38,434 nt of DNA from a virus (IMGVR_UViG_3300046010_005694:1-38434), one strand, 5' to 3'; numbered from the stretch's first letter, positions 7,631-16,914 are shown. Notes: generated by a model not told the origin, from the letters alone. Numbers and translations are program-made.

Positions 7631-8850
7631 GCCAACACGCTAAATTTTCCCCAAGCGGCGCGCACCGTTGGATGTCTTGCGCGGGATCGCTCGCCCTCGA
7701 ATCGAAATTCGAGGATAAAGGGAGCGAGTTCGCCCAGGAAGGCACCGCCGCCCACGCCCTCGCCGCTTACGTTCTCGAATCGGGCAAGAAGCGCTCTACG
7801 GGTGAAACGTTCACCTTTGACGACCACGGCATAACGCGTTCGGTGAAGCTAACCGACGAAATGGTCGACTACGTGCAAGACTACATCGACCTCGTTCACG
7901 GGTACGCCCAGGGCGGCGAACTCATGGTCGAGCAACGTGTCGAGTTCTCGATCTTTGTCGGCATCCCCGACCAATTCGGAACGAGCGACGCCGTCATTCT
8001 ATCGGGCGACACGATCACCATTATTGATTTGAAATATGGCAAAGGCGTTCGCGTCGACGCCGAGTTCAACGAGCAATTGCAACTTTACGCCCTGGGGTGC
8101 TTGCATGAGTTCGGATGGTTAGGCGACTTCAAAAATATTTGTATGGTCGTACACCAACCGCGCTTACACCATGTAAGCGAATGGAATTGCACGGTCGACG
8201 AACTCTTGGCTTTTGGCGCCAAAGCCCAAGCCGCGGCGAAGCTTGCGCAAGCTTGCATCGAGTCGCCCGAGCTAATCGCCGAAAGCTTGACGGTCGGCGA
8301 GTCGCAATGCCGCTTTTGCAAAGCGAAAGGCGCTTGCCCTGCGATTGCGAAGCACGTCGTCGAAATCATCACCGACGACTTTGTCGACTTAACGCAACCG
8401 CTTCGCCCCGCGCTCGAAGCCGCCAGCGAACGCACGTTCGACAACAAGGTTTTAGCGAACTTGCTCGGCGCTGCGGATTTGATCGAGGGTTTTGTAAAAG
8501 CGGTGCGAGCCCGTGCCGAATCGGCTTTGCTTAAGGGCGAAGACGTACCAGGTTACAAGCTAGTAGCGGGCAAGCAAGGGGCTCGCGCTTGGAGCGACGA
8601 AGAAGAAGCCGAAAAGCTTTTGAAATCGTTCCGCTTAAAGATCGATGAAATGTACGACAAAAAACTGATTTCACCGACCACGGCGGAAAAGGTTTTGAAG
8701 GGGTCGCCGTCACGATGGGAAAAAGCGCAAGAAGTTATTAGTCGCAAGACAGGTGCGCCAAGTGTTGCCCCCGTTAGCGACAAGCGCCCCGCCCTGGTGA
8801 TAACACCCACCGAAGAAATGTTCGACGCCGTCGGTGATGATCTTGCGTAA
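7627..8850 (+). CDS. DUF2800 family PD-(D/E)XK (Cas4-like) exonuclease
   Basis: HAKFSPSGAHRWMSC, EGTAAH, FGTSDAV, IIDLKYGKG, QLQLYALG, CRFCKAKGAC. Confidence 0.92.
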   Translation: MSQHAKFSPSGAHRWMSCAGSLALESKFEDKGSEFAQEGTAAHALAAYVLESGKKRSTGETFTFDDHGITRSVKLTDEMVDYVQDYIDLVHGYAQGGELMVEQRVEFSIFVGIPDQFGTSDAVILSGDTITIIDLKYGKGVRVDAEFNEQLQLYALGCLHEFGWLGDFKNICMVVHQPRLHHVSEWNCTVDELLAFGAKAQAAAKLAQACIESPELIAESLTVGESQCRFCKAKGACPAIAKHVVEIITDDFVDLTQPLRPALEAASERTFDNKVLANLLGAADLIEGFVKAVRARAESALLKGEDVPGYKLVAGKQGARAWSDEEEAEKLLKSFRLKIDEMYDKKLISPTTAEKVLKGSPSRWEKAQEVISRKTGAPSVAPVSDKRPALVITPTEEMFDAVGDDLA

Positions 8851-9076
8851 GGAAATTGCCGACGTATTCCCGCCACATATCCGCGACGCGCTTGTCATGG
8901 CGTCGCTGGTAGAAGGCTCAACTTTTAGAAAAATGGACGCAATCGACAAAGCGGTCGCGTCCGCCCGTAGTTCCCAACCTCAACTTTTTAGGACATCAGA
9001 AAATGAAAATTCGTATTCAAAACGTGCGTTTAGCATTCCCAAATTTATTCGAAGCGACGACGACGGTCGCGGGTGA
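8837..9076 (+). CDS. Hypothetical protein
   Basis: Short ORF filling the DUF2800-SSB gap; 3' end overlaps the SSB start by 74 bp. Confidence 0.55.
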   Translation: MILRKEIADVFPPHIRDALVMASLVEGSTFRKMDAIDKAVASARSSQPQLFRTSENENSYSKRAFSIPKFIRSDDDGRG

Positions 9077-9554
9077 AGGCAAGCCCGCTTTTTCGGCTTC
9101 GTTCTTGATCGACCCGAACGACCCGCAAGTGAAAGAAATTAACGCGGCAATCGAGCAAGTCGCCAAGGACAAATGGGGCGCAAAAGCCGACGTACAACTT
9201 AAAGCGATGCGCGCCGCGGATAAGACCGCATTGCACGACGGCGATTTGAAAGCCCAATACGCGGGATTTGAAAACATGCTCTACATATCCGCCCGCAACG
9301 CGGTTCGCCCTACCGTATTGAACCGCGACAAATCACCCGTCACGGAGTCGGACGGCATTATTTACGCGGGCTGTTATGTGAATGCGGTGTTCGAATTGTG
9401 GGCACAAGATAACAACTACGGCAAGCGCGTTAATGCTTCGCTCGCGGGTGTTCAATTCAACCGCGACGGCGATGCGTTTGCGGGCGGTCAATCGGCAAGC
9501 GAAGACGACTTCGACGACCTCGAAGAAGGCGCAACCGCCGACGACTTGGCTTAA
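9003..9554 (+). CDS. DUF2815 family single-stranded DNA-binding protein (T7 gp2.5-like)
   Basis: NVRLAFPNLFE, LHDGD, IYAGCYVNA, GVQFNRDGDAF and acidic tail EDDFDDLEE. Confidence 0.93.
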   Translation: MKIRIQNVRLAFPNLFEATTTVAGEGKPAFSASFLIDPNDPQVKEINAAIEQVAKDKWGAKADVQLKAMRAADKTALHDGDLKAQYAGFENMLYISARNAVRPTVLNRDKSPVTESDGIIYAGCYVNAVFELWAQDNNYGKRVNASLAGVQFNRDGDAFAGGQSASEDDFDDLEEGATADDLA

Positions 9555-9742
9555 CAGTTTAAGCGGGGCGGCGCACTTCTCGGTGCGACTAATCCACGCG
9601 CTAAACAGGCTTAAAACGAAATCGAGACCCCGCCCGCGTGTACATCATGGGGGCTCGAAATCGGCATGCGGGGGCGCTGCGTTAAGTGGAACCCTGAATT
9701 TTAGGCAACGGATTATTTTACAAATTTAACGAGGTTTTCAAC

Positions 9743-11818
9743 ATGCAAAAATTGTGGCTCGATCTTGAAACGTACAGCGAAACGCCGATTAAAAACGGTG
9801 TACACGCTTACGCGGAAAATGTCGAAATATTGCTTTTTGCTTGGGCGATTGACGACGAGCCCGCCGCGGTTTGGGATTGCACGGACGAATCCGGCAAGAC
9901 ACCCCCGCGTTTGTACGATGCGCTTATAAAAGCGCCCGAACTATGGGCGCAAAATTCGCACTTCGACCGCACCGTCTTAGGGGCGCAAGTGTTGCCGTCG
10001 TGCGTCACTCGCCCCGAGCGTTGGCGCGATACGATGGTTCAAGCCCTCGCCCACGGCTTGCCTGGTGCGCTTGGCGACTTGTGCGTCGCGCTTGGTATTC
10101 CTGCGGACAAAGCGAAAGACAAAGCGGGCAAAGCGCTTATCCAGTTGTTTTGCAAACCCCGCCCAAAGAAAAGCAAAATCCGCCGCGCCACCCGCGAAAC
10201 CCACCCGAAGCAATGGGCGGAGCTCGTCGAATACGCACGCCAAGACATCGAAGCAATGCGCGAAATCCATAAGAAAATGCCGCTTTGGAATTACAAGGGT
10301 TTCGAGCTTGATTTGTGGCACCTCGACCAACGCATTAACGACCGAGGCGTCGCAATCGACCTCGAACTCGCCGACGCCGCCGTGCGGGGTGTAGATCGCG
10401 CACAAGTCGGGCTCGCGAAAGACACCGTCGAAATGACAAACGGACAGGTGCAAAGCGCGACGCAACGCGACGCCATGCTCGCGCATATCCTGGAGGAGTA
10501 CGGCGTCGCGTTGCCTGACATGCAAATGGCAACACTCGAACGCCGCATCGAAGACCCCGATTTACCGATGGGCTTGCGCGAATTGCTTAAGGTGCGTTTG
10601 CAAGCGTCGACGAGTTCGACGAGTAAATATCGCACTTTGCAACGTGCAACAAGCCGCGACGGTCGCTTGCGTGGATTGCTGCAATTTTGCGGAGCAAGTC
10701 GCACCGGACGATGGGCGGGTCGCTTATTTCAACCGCAAAATTTACCGAGACCGACTTTGCACCAAGACGAAATCGACTTCGGGATCGAAGCGCTCAAAGC
10801 CGATTGCGCCGACCTAGTCGTCGACAACGTCATGCAATTAACATCGAGCGCCATTCGCGGGTGCATCGTCGCCCCCGAGAACAAGAAGCTTTGCATTGCC
10901 GATTTATCGAACATCGAGGGACGTGTGCAAGCTTGGCTCGCGGGCGAAACCTGGAAGCTTAAAGCGTTTCGGGATTACGACGCGGGAATCGGCGCGGATT
11001 TGTACAAACTAGCCTATTCGAAGTCGTTCGGCGTTGCACCCGAAGACGTCACCAAAGACCAACGGCAAATCGGCAAGGTTCAGGAATTGGCGCTAGGTTA
11101 TGAGGGCGGCGTCGGGGCGTTTGTCACCTTCGCGGCGGCTTATGGTATCGACTTGGACGAACTCGCCGCCAAAGCCGCCCGCGCTATCCCGCCGAATGTG
11201 TGGGGTCAAGCAAACATCATGCTCGAATGGCACCGCAAACAAAACCGCGACCCCGACCGCGCTTTGGGCTTATCCGAACGCGCTTGGTTGACTTGCGAGT
11301 CGTTTAAGTTGGCATGGCGAGAAGCGCACCCGAATATCGCGTCGCTATGGAAAGAACTCGATTCGTCGGTTCGTGCCGCTATCGACTGCCCAGGCAAAAC
11401 ATTTATTTGTCGGGTGTTGAAAGTGCGCCGCGACGGCAATTGGTTGCGAATCGGTTTGCCTTCGGGTCGTGCGATTTGCTACCCGTCGCCAGCGATTGAA
11501 AAAGAGAAAATTACCTATATGGGTGTCAATCAATATTCGCGCAAATGGAGCCGCTTGCAAACCTACGGCGGCAAGTTATTCGAGAACGTTTGCCAAGCCG
11601 TCGCCCGCGATGTCATGGCGGCGAACATGCCCGAAATCGAGAACAAGGGCTATGAAATTGTTTTATCAGTACATGACGAACTTTTAACCGAAACACCCGA
11701 CACCGCCGACTATTCGAGCGACGAACTAAGCGAATTGCTTGCCGCCGTTCCGCATTGGGCGGAGGGCATGCCGCTCGCCGCTGCGGGCTTTGAAACTTAT
11801 CGATATAAGAAGGATTAA
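9743..11818 (+). CDS. polA: Phage DNA polymerase, family A
   Basis: Exo I LDLETYS; GASRTGRWAG; motif A ADLSNIEGR; motif B RQIGKVQELALGY; motif C VHDE. Confidence 0.96.
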   Translation: MQKLWLDLETYSETPIKNGVHAYAENVEILLFAWAIDDEPAAVWDCTDESGKTPPRLYDALIKAPELWAQNSHFDRTVLGAQVLPSCVTRPERWRDTMVQALAHGLPGALGDLCVALGIPADKAKDKAGKALIQLFCKPRPKKSKIRRATRETHPKQWAELVEYARQDIEAMREIHKKMPLWNYKGFELDLWHLDQRINDRGVAIDLELADAAVRGVDRAQVGLAKDTVEMTNGQVQSATQRDAMLAHILEEYGVALPDMQMATLERRIEDPDLPMGLRELLKVRLQASTSSTSKYRTLQRATSRDGRLRGLLQFCGASRTGRWAGRLFQPQNLPRPTLHQDEIDFGIEALKADCADLVVDNVMQLTSSAIRGCIVAPENKKLCIADLSNIEGRVQAWLAGETWKLKAFRDYDAGIGADLYKLAYSKSFGVAPEDVTKDQRQIGKVQELALGYEGGVGAFVTFAAAYGIDLDELAAKAARAIPPNVWGQANIMLEWHRKQNRDPDRALGLSERAWLTCESFKLAWREAHPNIASLWKELDSSVRAAIDCPGKTFICRVLKVRRDGNWLRIGLPSGRAICYPSPAIEKEKITYMGVNQYSRKWSRLQTYGGKLFENVCQAVARDVMAANMPEIENKGYEIVLSVHDELLTETPDTADYSSDELSELLAAVPHWAEGMPLAAAGFETYRYKKD

Positions 11819-11820
11819 CG

Positions 11821-12087
11821 ATGAAACGCTACACGCTAAAAACGATTAAGAAAACCAAGTGCTATCAAGCGAACGTCGAAGCGGTTCGCGCGATTTACCC
11901 AGGGCACGAAGACGACTTCGCCCGCGAGTTGATGATCGCGGCGAATGCCGTCCGCCTATTTAACGCCGAGGGCGATTTACTTGTCAGCCTTTTTAAATGG
12001 AACGATTCGCCCCAAGGGCACGACGCATGGGAGACCTTGTATTGGGCAATCTGCAAATACAACACGGAGCAAACTAAAAATGATTAA
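11821..12087 (+). CDS. Hypothetical protein
   Basis: AAGGA RBS; F.W..SPQGHD.W motif seen in small phage proteins. Confidence 0.75.
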   Translation: MKRYTLKTIKKTKCYQANVEAVRAIYPGHEDDFARELMIAANAVRLFNAEGDLLVSLFKWNDSPQGHDAWETLYWAICKYNTEQTKND

Positions 12088-12274
12088 GCAAATAAAAGCC
12101 TATTTACGCGCTCGCAAATTGCGCCGCGAACGCCGCGCCCTGGTGCGCGAACTCGAATCGGTGTACCAATTGCGCGACTACGTGCAAAACCGCGAGCGCG
12201 AGATTATGAAACGCGCCGCGCAAATCGATTGCGAGAGCATCGTCACTAAGAACCAACTTGCGCGGGGTTGGTAA
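12080..12274 (+). CDS. Hypothetical basic protein
   Basis: GGAG RBS then ATG 12080 (MIKQIKAYLRARK), overlapping the upstream stop. Confidence 0.7.
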   Translation: MIKQIKAYLRARKLRRERRALVRELESVYQLRDYVQNREREIMKRAAQIDCESIVTKNQLARGW

Positions 12275-12276
12275 CG

Positions 12277-12576
12277 ATGCGCGAATCGCTAATCGAAAAA
12301 TACTTAGTCGCCCAGGTGAAAGCCGCGGGCGGCGAGGTGCGCAAGGTCAAGTGGATAGGACGCCGCGGCGCACCCGACCGCATTGTTTTAATGAATGGGT
12401 TTGTCGTGTTCGTGGAACTTAAAGCAACGGGCAAAACGCTCGAAGCGCACCAAGAGCGCGAACACAAACGAATGCGAAATCAAGGTGCCTGGGTTTGCCT
12501 GCTTGACTCGAACGAAGCCGCCGACCTATTGGTCGCGATGATTAAACGAAAAAGGGGTTTGCAAAATGCCGCGTGA
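12277..12576 (+). CDS. VRR-NUC domain nuclease (putative Holliday junction resolvase)
   Basis: MRESLIEKYL...GAPDRIV...FVELKA...HQ.REH. Confidence 0.92.
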   Translation: MRESLIEKYLVAQVKAAGGEVRKVKWIGRRGAPDRIVLMNGFVVFVELKATGKTLEAHQEREHKRMRNQGAWVCLLDSNEAADLLVAMIKRKRGLQNAA

Positions 12577-13942
12577 TTTCGTCGCCCGCCCTTACGGCGA
12601 ACTAATAACAAACCACATTCTCGACAATCCACGGTGCAACGTATGGGCGGGAATGGGTACGGGCAAGACCGTGTCGACGCTTAACGCGCTCGACGCCCTT
12701 TTTCTCGTCGAAGATGCCCCCGTGCTAGTCGTCGCCCCGTTGCGCGTTGCTCGCGACACCTGGAAAGATGAAGCGGCAAAGTGGAACCACCTCGCACACT
12801 TGCGCGTCGTGCCGATTGTCGGGAACGAGAAGCAACGCCGCGAAGCCCTTCGCACCCGTGCCGATATTTACACGACCAATTTCGAGAATTTGCCATGGCT
12901 AATCGAGACCATGGGCGAGCGTTGGAACTTCGAAACGGTGATCGTCGACGAAGCTTCGAAGCTTTCAGGGTTCCGCTTGCGGCAAGGCACCAAGCGCGCA
13001 AAGGCGTTCGCGAGTGTCGCGCACACAAAGATTAAGCGCTATGTGAATTTAACGGGAACGCCAAGCGCTCGCGGCTTACAAGCCCTTTGGGGTCAAAACT
13101 GGTTTGTCGACAAAGGTGCGCGCTTGGGTAAAAGCTTCGACGCTTTCAAATCCCGTTGGTTCCGCACCTCGTTCGATGGGTTCGGTATTTTGCCGAACGA
13201 ATATGCCCAGGATCAAATACAAAAAGCCCTCGCCGACATCACTATCGCGATTGATGCCCGCGATTGGTTCGACTTGCACGAGCCCGTCGTCACAAACCTG
13301 TTTGTCGATTTGCCCGCAAAAGCTAAACAACTTTACAACGACATGGAAAGAAAAATGTTTATGGAGTTGTCGGGGCATGAAGTCGAAGCGTTTAACGCCG
13401 CCGCCAAAACGCAAAAGTGTTTGCAAATCGCGAACGGCGCGGCGTATGTCGGCGAAGGTGCGAAGGATTGGGAAGAAATCCACGACGCGAAATTCGATGT
13501 TCTCGAATCGATTATCGAAGAAGCGGGCGGAATGCCTGTTTTGTGCGCGTACAACTTCAAAAGCGACGCGGCGCGACTGCTTAAGCGATTTAAGGGCGCC
13601 GTCAATCTGTCGACGCCCGAGGGATTGGCGAAGTTCAAGCGCGGCGAGGTGCCGCTCGGGATTGCGCACCCTGCCAGCATGGGGCACGGGATCGACGGTT
13701 TGCAAGACATAACGAACATTCTTGCGTTCTTCGCGCTTGATTGGAATTTAGAGAACCGCTTGCAATTTATCGAACGAATCGGGGCGACTCGCCAAGCGCA
13801 AAGCGGACACGACCGCCCGACTTTTATTTATAACATTCTCGCGAAAGACACCGTCGACGAATTGGTGTTAGAGCGCGTAACAACGAAAAAAGAAGTCGAA
13901 CAAATCTTGCTCGACGCTATGAAACGAAAGGGCTATAAATGA
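12566..13942 (+). CDS. SNF2-like DEAD/H superfamily 2 helicase
   Basis: GMGTGKT, IVDEAS, LTGTP, HPASMGHGIDGLQ, QFIERIG..RQ. Confidence 0.94.
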   Translation: MPRDFVARPYGELITNHILDNPRCNVWAGMGTGKTVSTLNALDALFLVEDAPVLVVAPLRVARDTWKDEAAKWNHLAHLRVVPIVGNEKQRREALRTRADIYTTNFENLPWLIETMGERWNFETVIVDEASKLSGFRLRQGTKRAKAFASVAHTKIKRYVNLTGTPSARGLQALWGQNWFVDKGARLGKSFDAFKSRWFRTSFDGFGILPNEYAQDQIQKALADITIAIDARDWFDLHEPVVTNLFVDLPAKAKQLYNDMERKMFMELSGHEVEAFNAAAKTQKCLQIANGAAYVGEGAKDWEEIHDAKFDVLESIIEEAGGMPVLCAYNFKSDAARLLKRFKGAVNLSTPEGLAKFKRGEVPLGIAHPASMGHGIDGLQDITNILAFFALDWNLENRLQFIERIGATRQAQSGHDRPTFIYNILAKDTVDELVLERVTTKKEVEQILLDAMKRKGYK

Positions 13943-14634
13943 GACACCACCACATTATTCGCGACGGTATGGGATTTTGCATTCACCACGCTTTAAATTT
14001 TACCGACGATTGCGACGAGTGCATCGCCGAAGACAAAGCGAAACGCGCGGCGACACATTGCGAAACGCACGACGAAACGTTCGAGACCGTTTGCCCGCAA
14101 TGCGCTATGTGGAAGGCGAATATCCTCGACCAAGACGCGCAAGAAATTACCACCATGCCCGAAGCGCTCGACCCTGTCGCGCTTGGCGTTCGGGCGGATT
14201 GGTTGCTAGAAGCCCAAGCGCGCCGCTTTGTCGACCCGAGCGACAAACTCGGCGACGGCTTTATTCGATTCCGCGGGCAACAAAACCCGCTGCCGCCCGA
14301 CACCTTTGTCGTGGTGGAAGACACAGACGGGGAGATGACGGCAGACACCGCGGGCATGATTCCTTGGTCTCGCATAGTTTCTTACAAAATTATCGAGCAA
14401 GAGGGGCTTGTATCGAGCGAACCGCAATCGGCTTTGCAAGTGCAAGAAGGCGGCGACCATTACAAAAAGCTAAAAATTCAACCCGTCGAGTATATCCACG
14501 CGAACGGCTTGCCGTTTGCCGAAGGTAGTGTCATTAAATACGTCACCCGTTGGCGCGATAAAAACGGGATCGCTGATTTGAAAAAGGCGCGGCATTTTCT
14601 CGATTTGCTAATCGAACTCGAAGGGGCTAAGTGA
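13939..14634 (+). CDS. DUF3310 (SaV-like) domain fusion protein
   Basis: C-terminal QEGGDHYK...QPVEYI...FAEGSVIKYVTRWRDKNGIADLKKARHFL; Cys/His-rich N-terminus. Confidence 0.88.
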   Translation: MRHHHIIRDGMGFCIHHALNFTDDCDECIAEDKAKRAATHCETHDETFETVCPQCAMWKANILDQDAQEITTMPEALDPVALGVRADWLLEAQARRFVDPSDKLGDGFIRFRGQQNPLPPDTFVVVEDTDGEMTADTAGMIPWSRIVSYKIIEQEGLVSSEPQSALQVQEGGDHYKKLKIQPVEYIHANGLPFAEGSVIKYVTRWRDKNGIADLKKARHFLDLLIELEGAK

Positions 14635-14774
14635 TGAAACGCGACAACGTAAAAACATTTTGCGCGGCGGGCTTGGTCGTCGCGGGGCTTGTCGGGCTCG
14701 CGTTCGGCACCCCCGCACTCGGGTTGGGTCGTGTTTCTTGGCGCTGTTGTGCTTTTGGATTGTTAGGGGGTTGA
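14634..14774 (+). CDS. Small membrane protein (46 aa, possibly frameshifted; not in ORF track)
   Basis: ATG overlaps the upstream TGA; MKRDNVKTFCAAGLVVAGLVGLAFGTP hydrophobic segment. Confidence 0.55.
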   Translation: MKRDNVKTFCAAGLVVAGLVGLAFGTPALGLGRVSWRCCAFGLLGG

Positions 14775-14775
14775 A

Positions 14776-15204
14776 ATGTTAAAGAGCCAATCGAATAGCG
14801 AACAATTTCAGACCCGAAGCGGCAACCACTCGACAAAGGGAAGCCGCAAAGGGTTCGACTTACTCGGCGGGGGCGAAGACCCAACGAAGGTTTTAACAAT
14901 AGAAGAAAGACGCGATTCGCTTAAGTTGCGGATGTTAAGCATCGAGTATTTGATGGGGTCTACCGCCGACAAAGGACTTCGTAAAAAGCTAGGTGCGGAA
15001 AAATTCGAACTACAACAGCAAATGAGCGCGTTAAGGGTGAAAAGAAAGTCGGAGAAACCCGAATCTATCCCAGGGGCGTTCATTGATATTTGTCGCGAGC
15101 GTATGTCTAAACATCAATTTCGCTGCATCATGGACGAGGCAAACGAAATCGTTCGCGGCAACATCGCACACAACAAAACCTTACACCGCGAGATTGAGGG
15201 CTAG
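14776..15204 (+). CDS. Hypothetical protein
   Basis: AGGGGG RBS; 142-aa ORF tightly packed in the operon. Confidence 0.7.
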   Translation: MLKSQSNSEQFQTRSGNHSTKGSRKGFDLLGGGEDPTKVLTIEERRDSLKLRMLSIEYLMGSTADKGLRKKLGAEKFELQQQMSALRVKRKSEKPESIPGAFIDICRERMSKHQFRCIMDEANEIVRGNIAHNKTLHREIEG

Positions 15205-15208
15205 AAGA

Positions 15209-15436
15209 ATGTACCTAACCGCCGCACAATTGTCGGAACTAACCGACCTCAAGCCGAACCAACGCGCGGCGATTCGCCGTTGGCTAATTAAGAATAATTG
15301 GGTGTTTACGGTCTCGGCGACGGGCTTCCCCCAGGTGTTGACGCGTTACCACGACGGGCGCATGATGGGCGAAATAGGGGCAAGCCAGGCGAAAGCCGCT
15401 GAAATCGAACCGAACTTCGGAGCATTGAGAAAATGA
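15209..15436 (+). CDS. xis: Excisionase-like protein (DUF4224)
   Basis: MYLTAAQLSELTD....QRAAIRRWL..N.W.F.....G.P.V...Y...EPNFGAL; GAGG RBS; ATGA overlap with integrase. Confidence 0.85.
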   Translation: MYLTAAQLSELTDLKPNQRAAIRRWLIKNNWVFTVSATGFPQVLTRYHDGRMMGEIGASQAKAAEIEPNFGALRK

Positions 15437-16530
15437 ACGGACGACGCAAATCACCCGACGGGATGCCGTTCCGCCTGTATCGGATCGACGGCAAATTTAA
15501 AGTAAGCTTTTACTATAAATTACCCGACAACACGCGGGCTTTCACCCTCGCCGCCCGCGCTGGTGATGCGCGAGACATTGCCGAGAAGCGCGCCGAAGCG
15601 GTTCGCCGTGCCGATATGCTAAACGGCAACGCCGTCGAAGCGGGCACGGTTGCCTCCCTGGTAGATCGATATTTCTTATGGCAAAAGAACCTTAAGCCGA
15701 ACGACGGACGGCGCAAAGCCGCGTCGACGTTGGAAGGTAATAAGCCCGAAGCAAAAAACCTGGTGAAAGTGTTCGGGGCGATGTTGCCCGAGCAAATCAA
15801 AACGAAACACGTTTACGGGTATCTAGCAGCGAGAGCCGACAACGGCGCCCCCGCGAAGGCGAACAAGGAAATCGCCCTACTTTCGGCGATTCTGGAATAC
15901 GCAAGGACGCGCGGCGAACTAGAGCAAAACCCTTGTCGTGATATTAGGTACAACCCGACAACGGCGTCGACGAAGCTAGTCGAAGACGCGCACCTAGAAC
16001 TCGCGTTAAGCGAAGCCCGCAAGCGCGGCGGACAATACCACGTTTTAGGGCTTTGCTTTTACGTTGCTTACTTAACAACAAGCCGCCCGAGCGAAATGCG
16101 AAGTATGACGCGCGCATCGATCACCGCCGAGGGTTTAAAAATACCAATTGGGAAAAAGCGAGCGACCCAGGTGCAAAAATATAAGCTTGTGCAATGGTCG
16201 CCAGCGTTGCGGACGGCGGTCGACGAAGCGTTGTCGCTGCAAAGAACGGCGAGCATGTTTGTTTTCGGCAACACGGAGGGGCAAGAGTATTCGCGCTCGG
16301 GGTGGGGCACGATTTGGACGCGCTTAATGAAATATTGCGAAGCCAGGGCGAAAGCCGAAAACCTCACTTTTGAGCGTTTCGCGCTTAAGGACATGCGCCC
16401 AATGTCTGTCACCGAACGCGTAAGTGTTGGCGAAACGAACATAATTAACGCGACGGGGCACGTCGACGAACGCATGATCCGTAAGACCTACGACCGCAAC
16501 ACGGTTCGAAAAACAACGTCGACGAAGTAA
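15433..16530 (+). CDS. int: Tyrosine recombinase / phage integrase
   Basis: ANKEIALLS..NPC core-binding motif; catalytic R (TSRPSE), KDMR, TGH, Y (KTYDR); attP nearby. Confidence 0.93.
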   Translation: MNGRRKSPDGMPFRLYRIDGKFKVSFYYKLPDNTRAFTLAARAGDARDIAEKRAEAVRRADMLNGNAVEAGTVASLVDRYFLWQKNLKPNDGRRKAASTLEGNKPEAKNLVKVFGAMLPEQIKTKHVYGYLAARADNGAPAKANKEIALLSAILEYARTRGELEQNPCRDIRYNPTTASTKLVEDAHLELALSEARKRGGQYHVLGLCFYVAYLTTSRPSEMRSMTRASITAEGLKIPIGKKRATQVQKYKLVQWSPALRTAVDEALSLQRTASMFVFGNTEGQEYSRSGWGTIWTRLMKYCEARAKAENLTFERFALKDMRPMSVTERVSVGETNIINATGHVDERMIRKTYDRNTVRKTTSTK

Positions 16531-16534
16531 ATAC

Positions 16535-16582
16535 ATATACACACAAATAAACCTTGCATTGTTTTATTTGTGTGTATATACT
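16535..16582 (+). promoter_or_regulatory. Sigma70 promoter inside a perfect 17-bp inverted repeat (operator)
   Basis: TTGCAT (16554-16559), 17-bp spacer, TATACT (16577-16582); ATATACACACAAATAAA (16535-16551) / TTTATTTGTGTGTATAT (16563-16579). Confidence 0.85.
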
Positions 16583-16621
16583 TCATTCATCGGGTTCACA
16601 AACACAACGGAGAATGAAAAA

Positions 16622-16783
16622 ATGCAAAAATTCACTACAAAACAACTTCAAGCCGCTTTGATTGAATTACGCGCAAAAAACACTCAAGAAGCAAACGCCG
16701 CATTTAGAATGACATACGATGAATTGAATGCGCGCATGGGTGATGATGCTTTTGATGCTTGGACGGATTCGTTAGGATGGTAG
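16622..16783 (+). CDS. Small hypothetical protein (53 aa), mini-operon gene 1
   Basis: GGAG RBS 9 nt upstream; MQKFTTKQLQAALIELRAK...MGDDAFDAWTDSLGW. Confidence 0.8.
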   Translation: MQKFTTKQLQAALIELRAKNTQEANAAFRMTYDELNARMGDDAFDAWTDSLGW

Positions 16784-16914
16784 ATCATAAAAAAGAGGCG
16801 AAACGGTTAATCCGAATCGCCTATAAAACAGGCGGGACGGTTTCGTTTTCACTGTCCTACATGATTGACTTAGGCGTATCCCTAAAAATAATAAAAGCGG
16901 TATTAAGAAAATGA
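16777..16914 (+). CDS. Small basic hypothetical protein (45 aa), mini-operon gene 2 (not in ORF track)
   Basis: MVDHKKEAKRLIRIAYKTGGTVSFSLSYMIDLGVSLKIIKAVLRK; overlaps the gene 1 stop, and its TGA overlaps the gene 3 ATG. Confidence 0.6.
   Translation: MVDHKKEAKRLIRIAYKTGGTVSFSLSYMIDLGVSLKIIKAVLRK

Noticed and set aside
7627-8850. Cas4-like nuclease as part of a CRISPR-Cas system
   Set aside because: It is the DUF2800 phage exonuclease in its usual DUF2800-DUF2815-PolA context.
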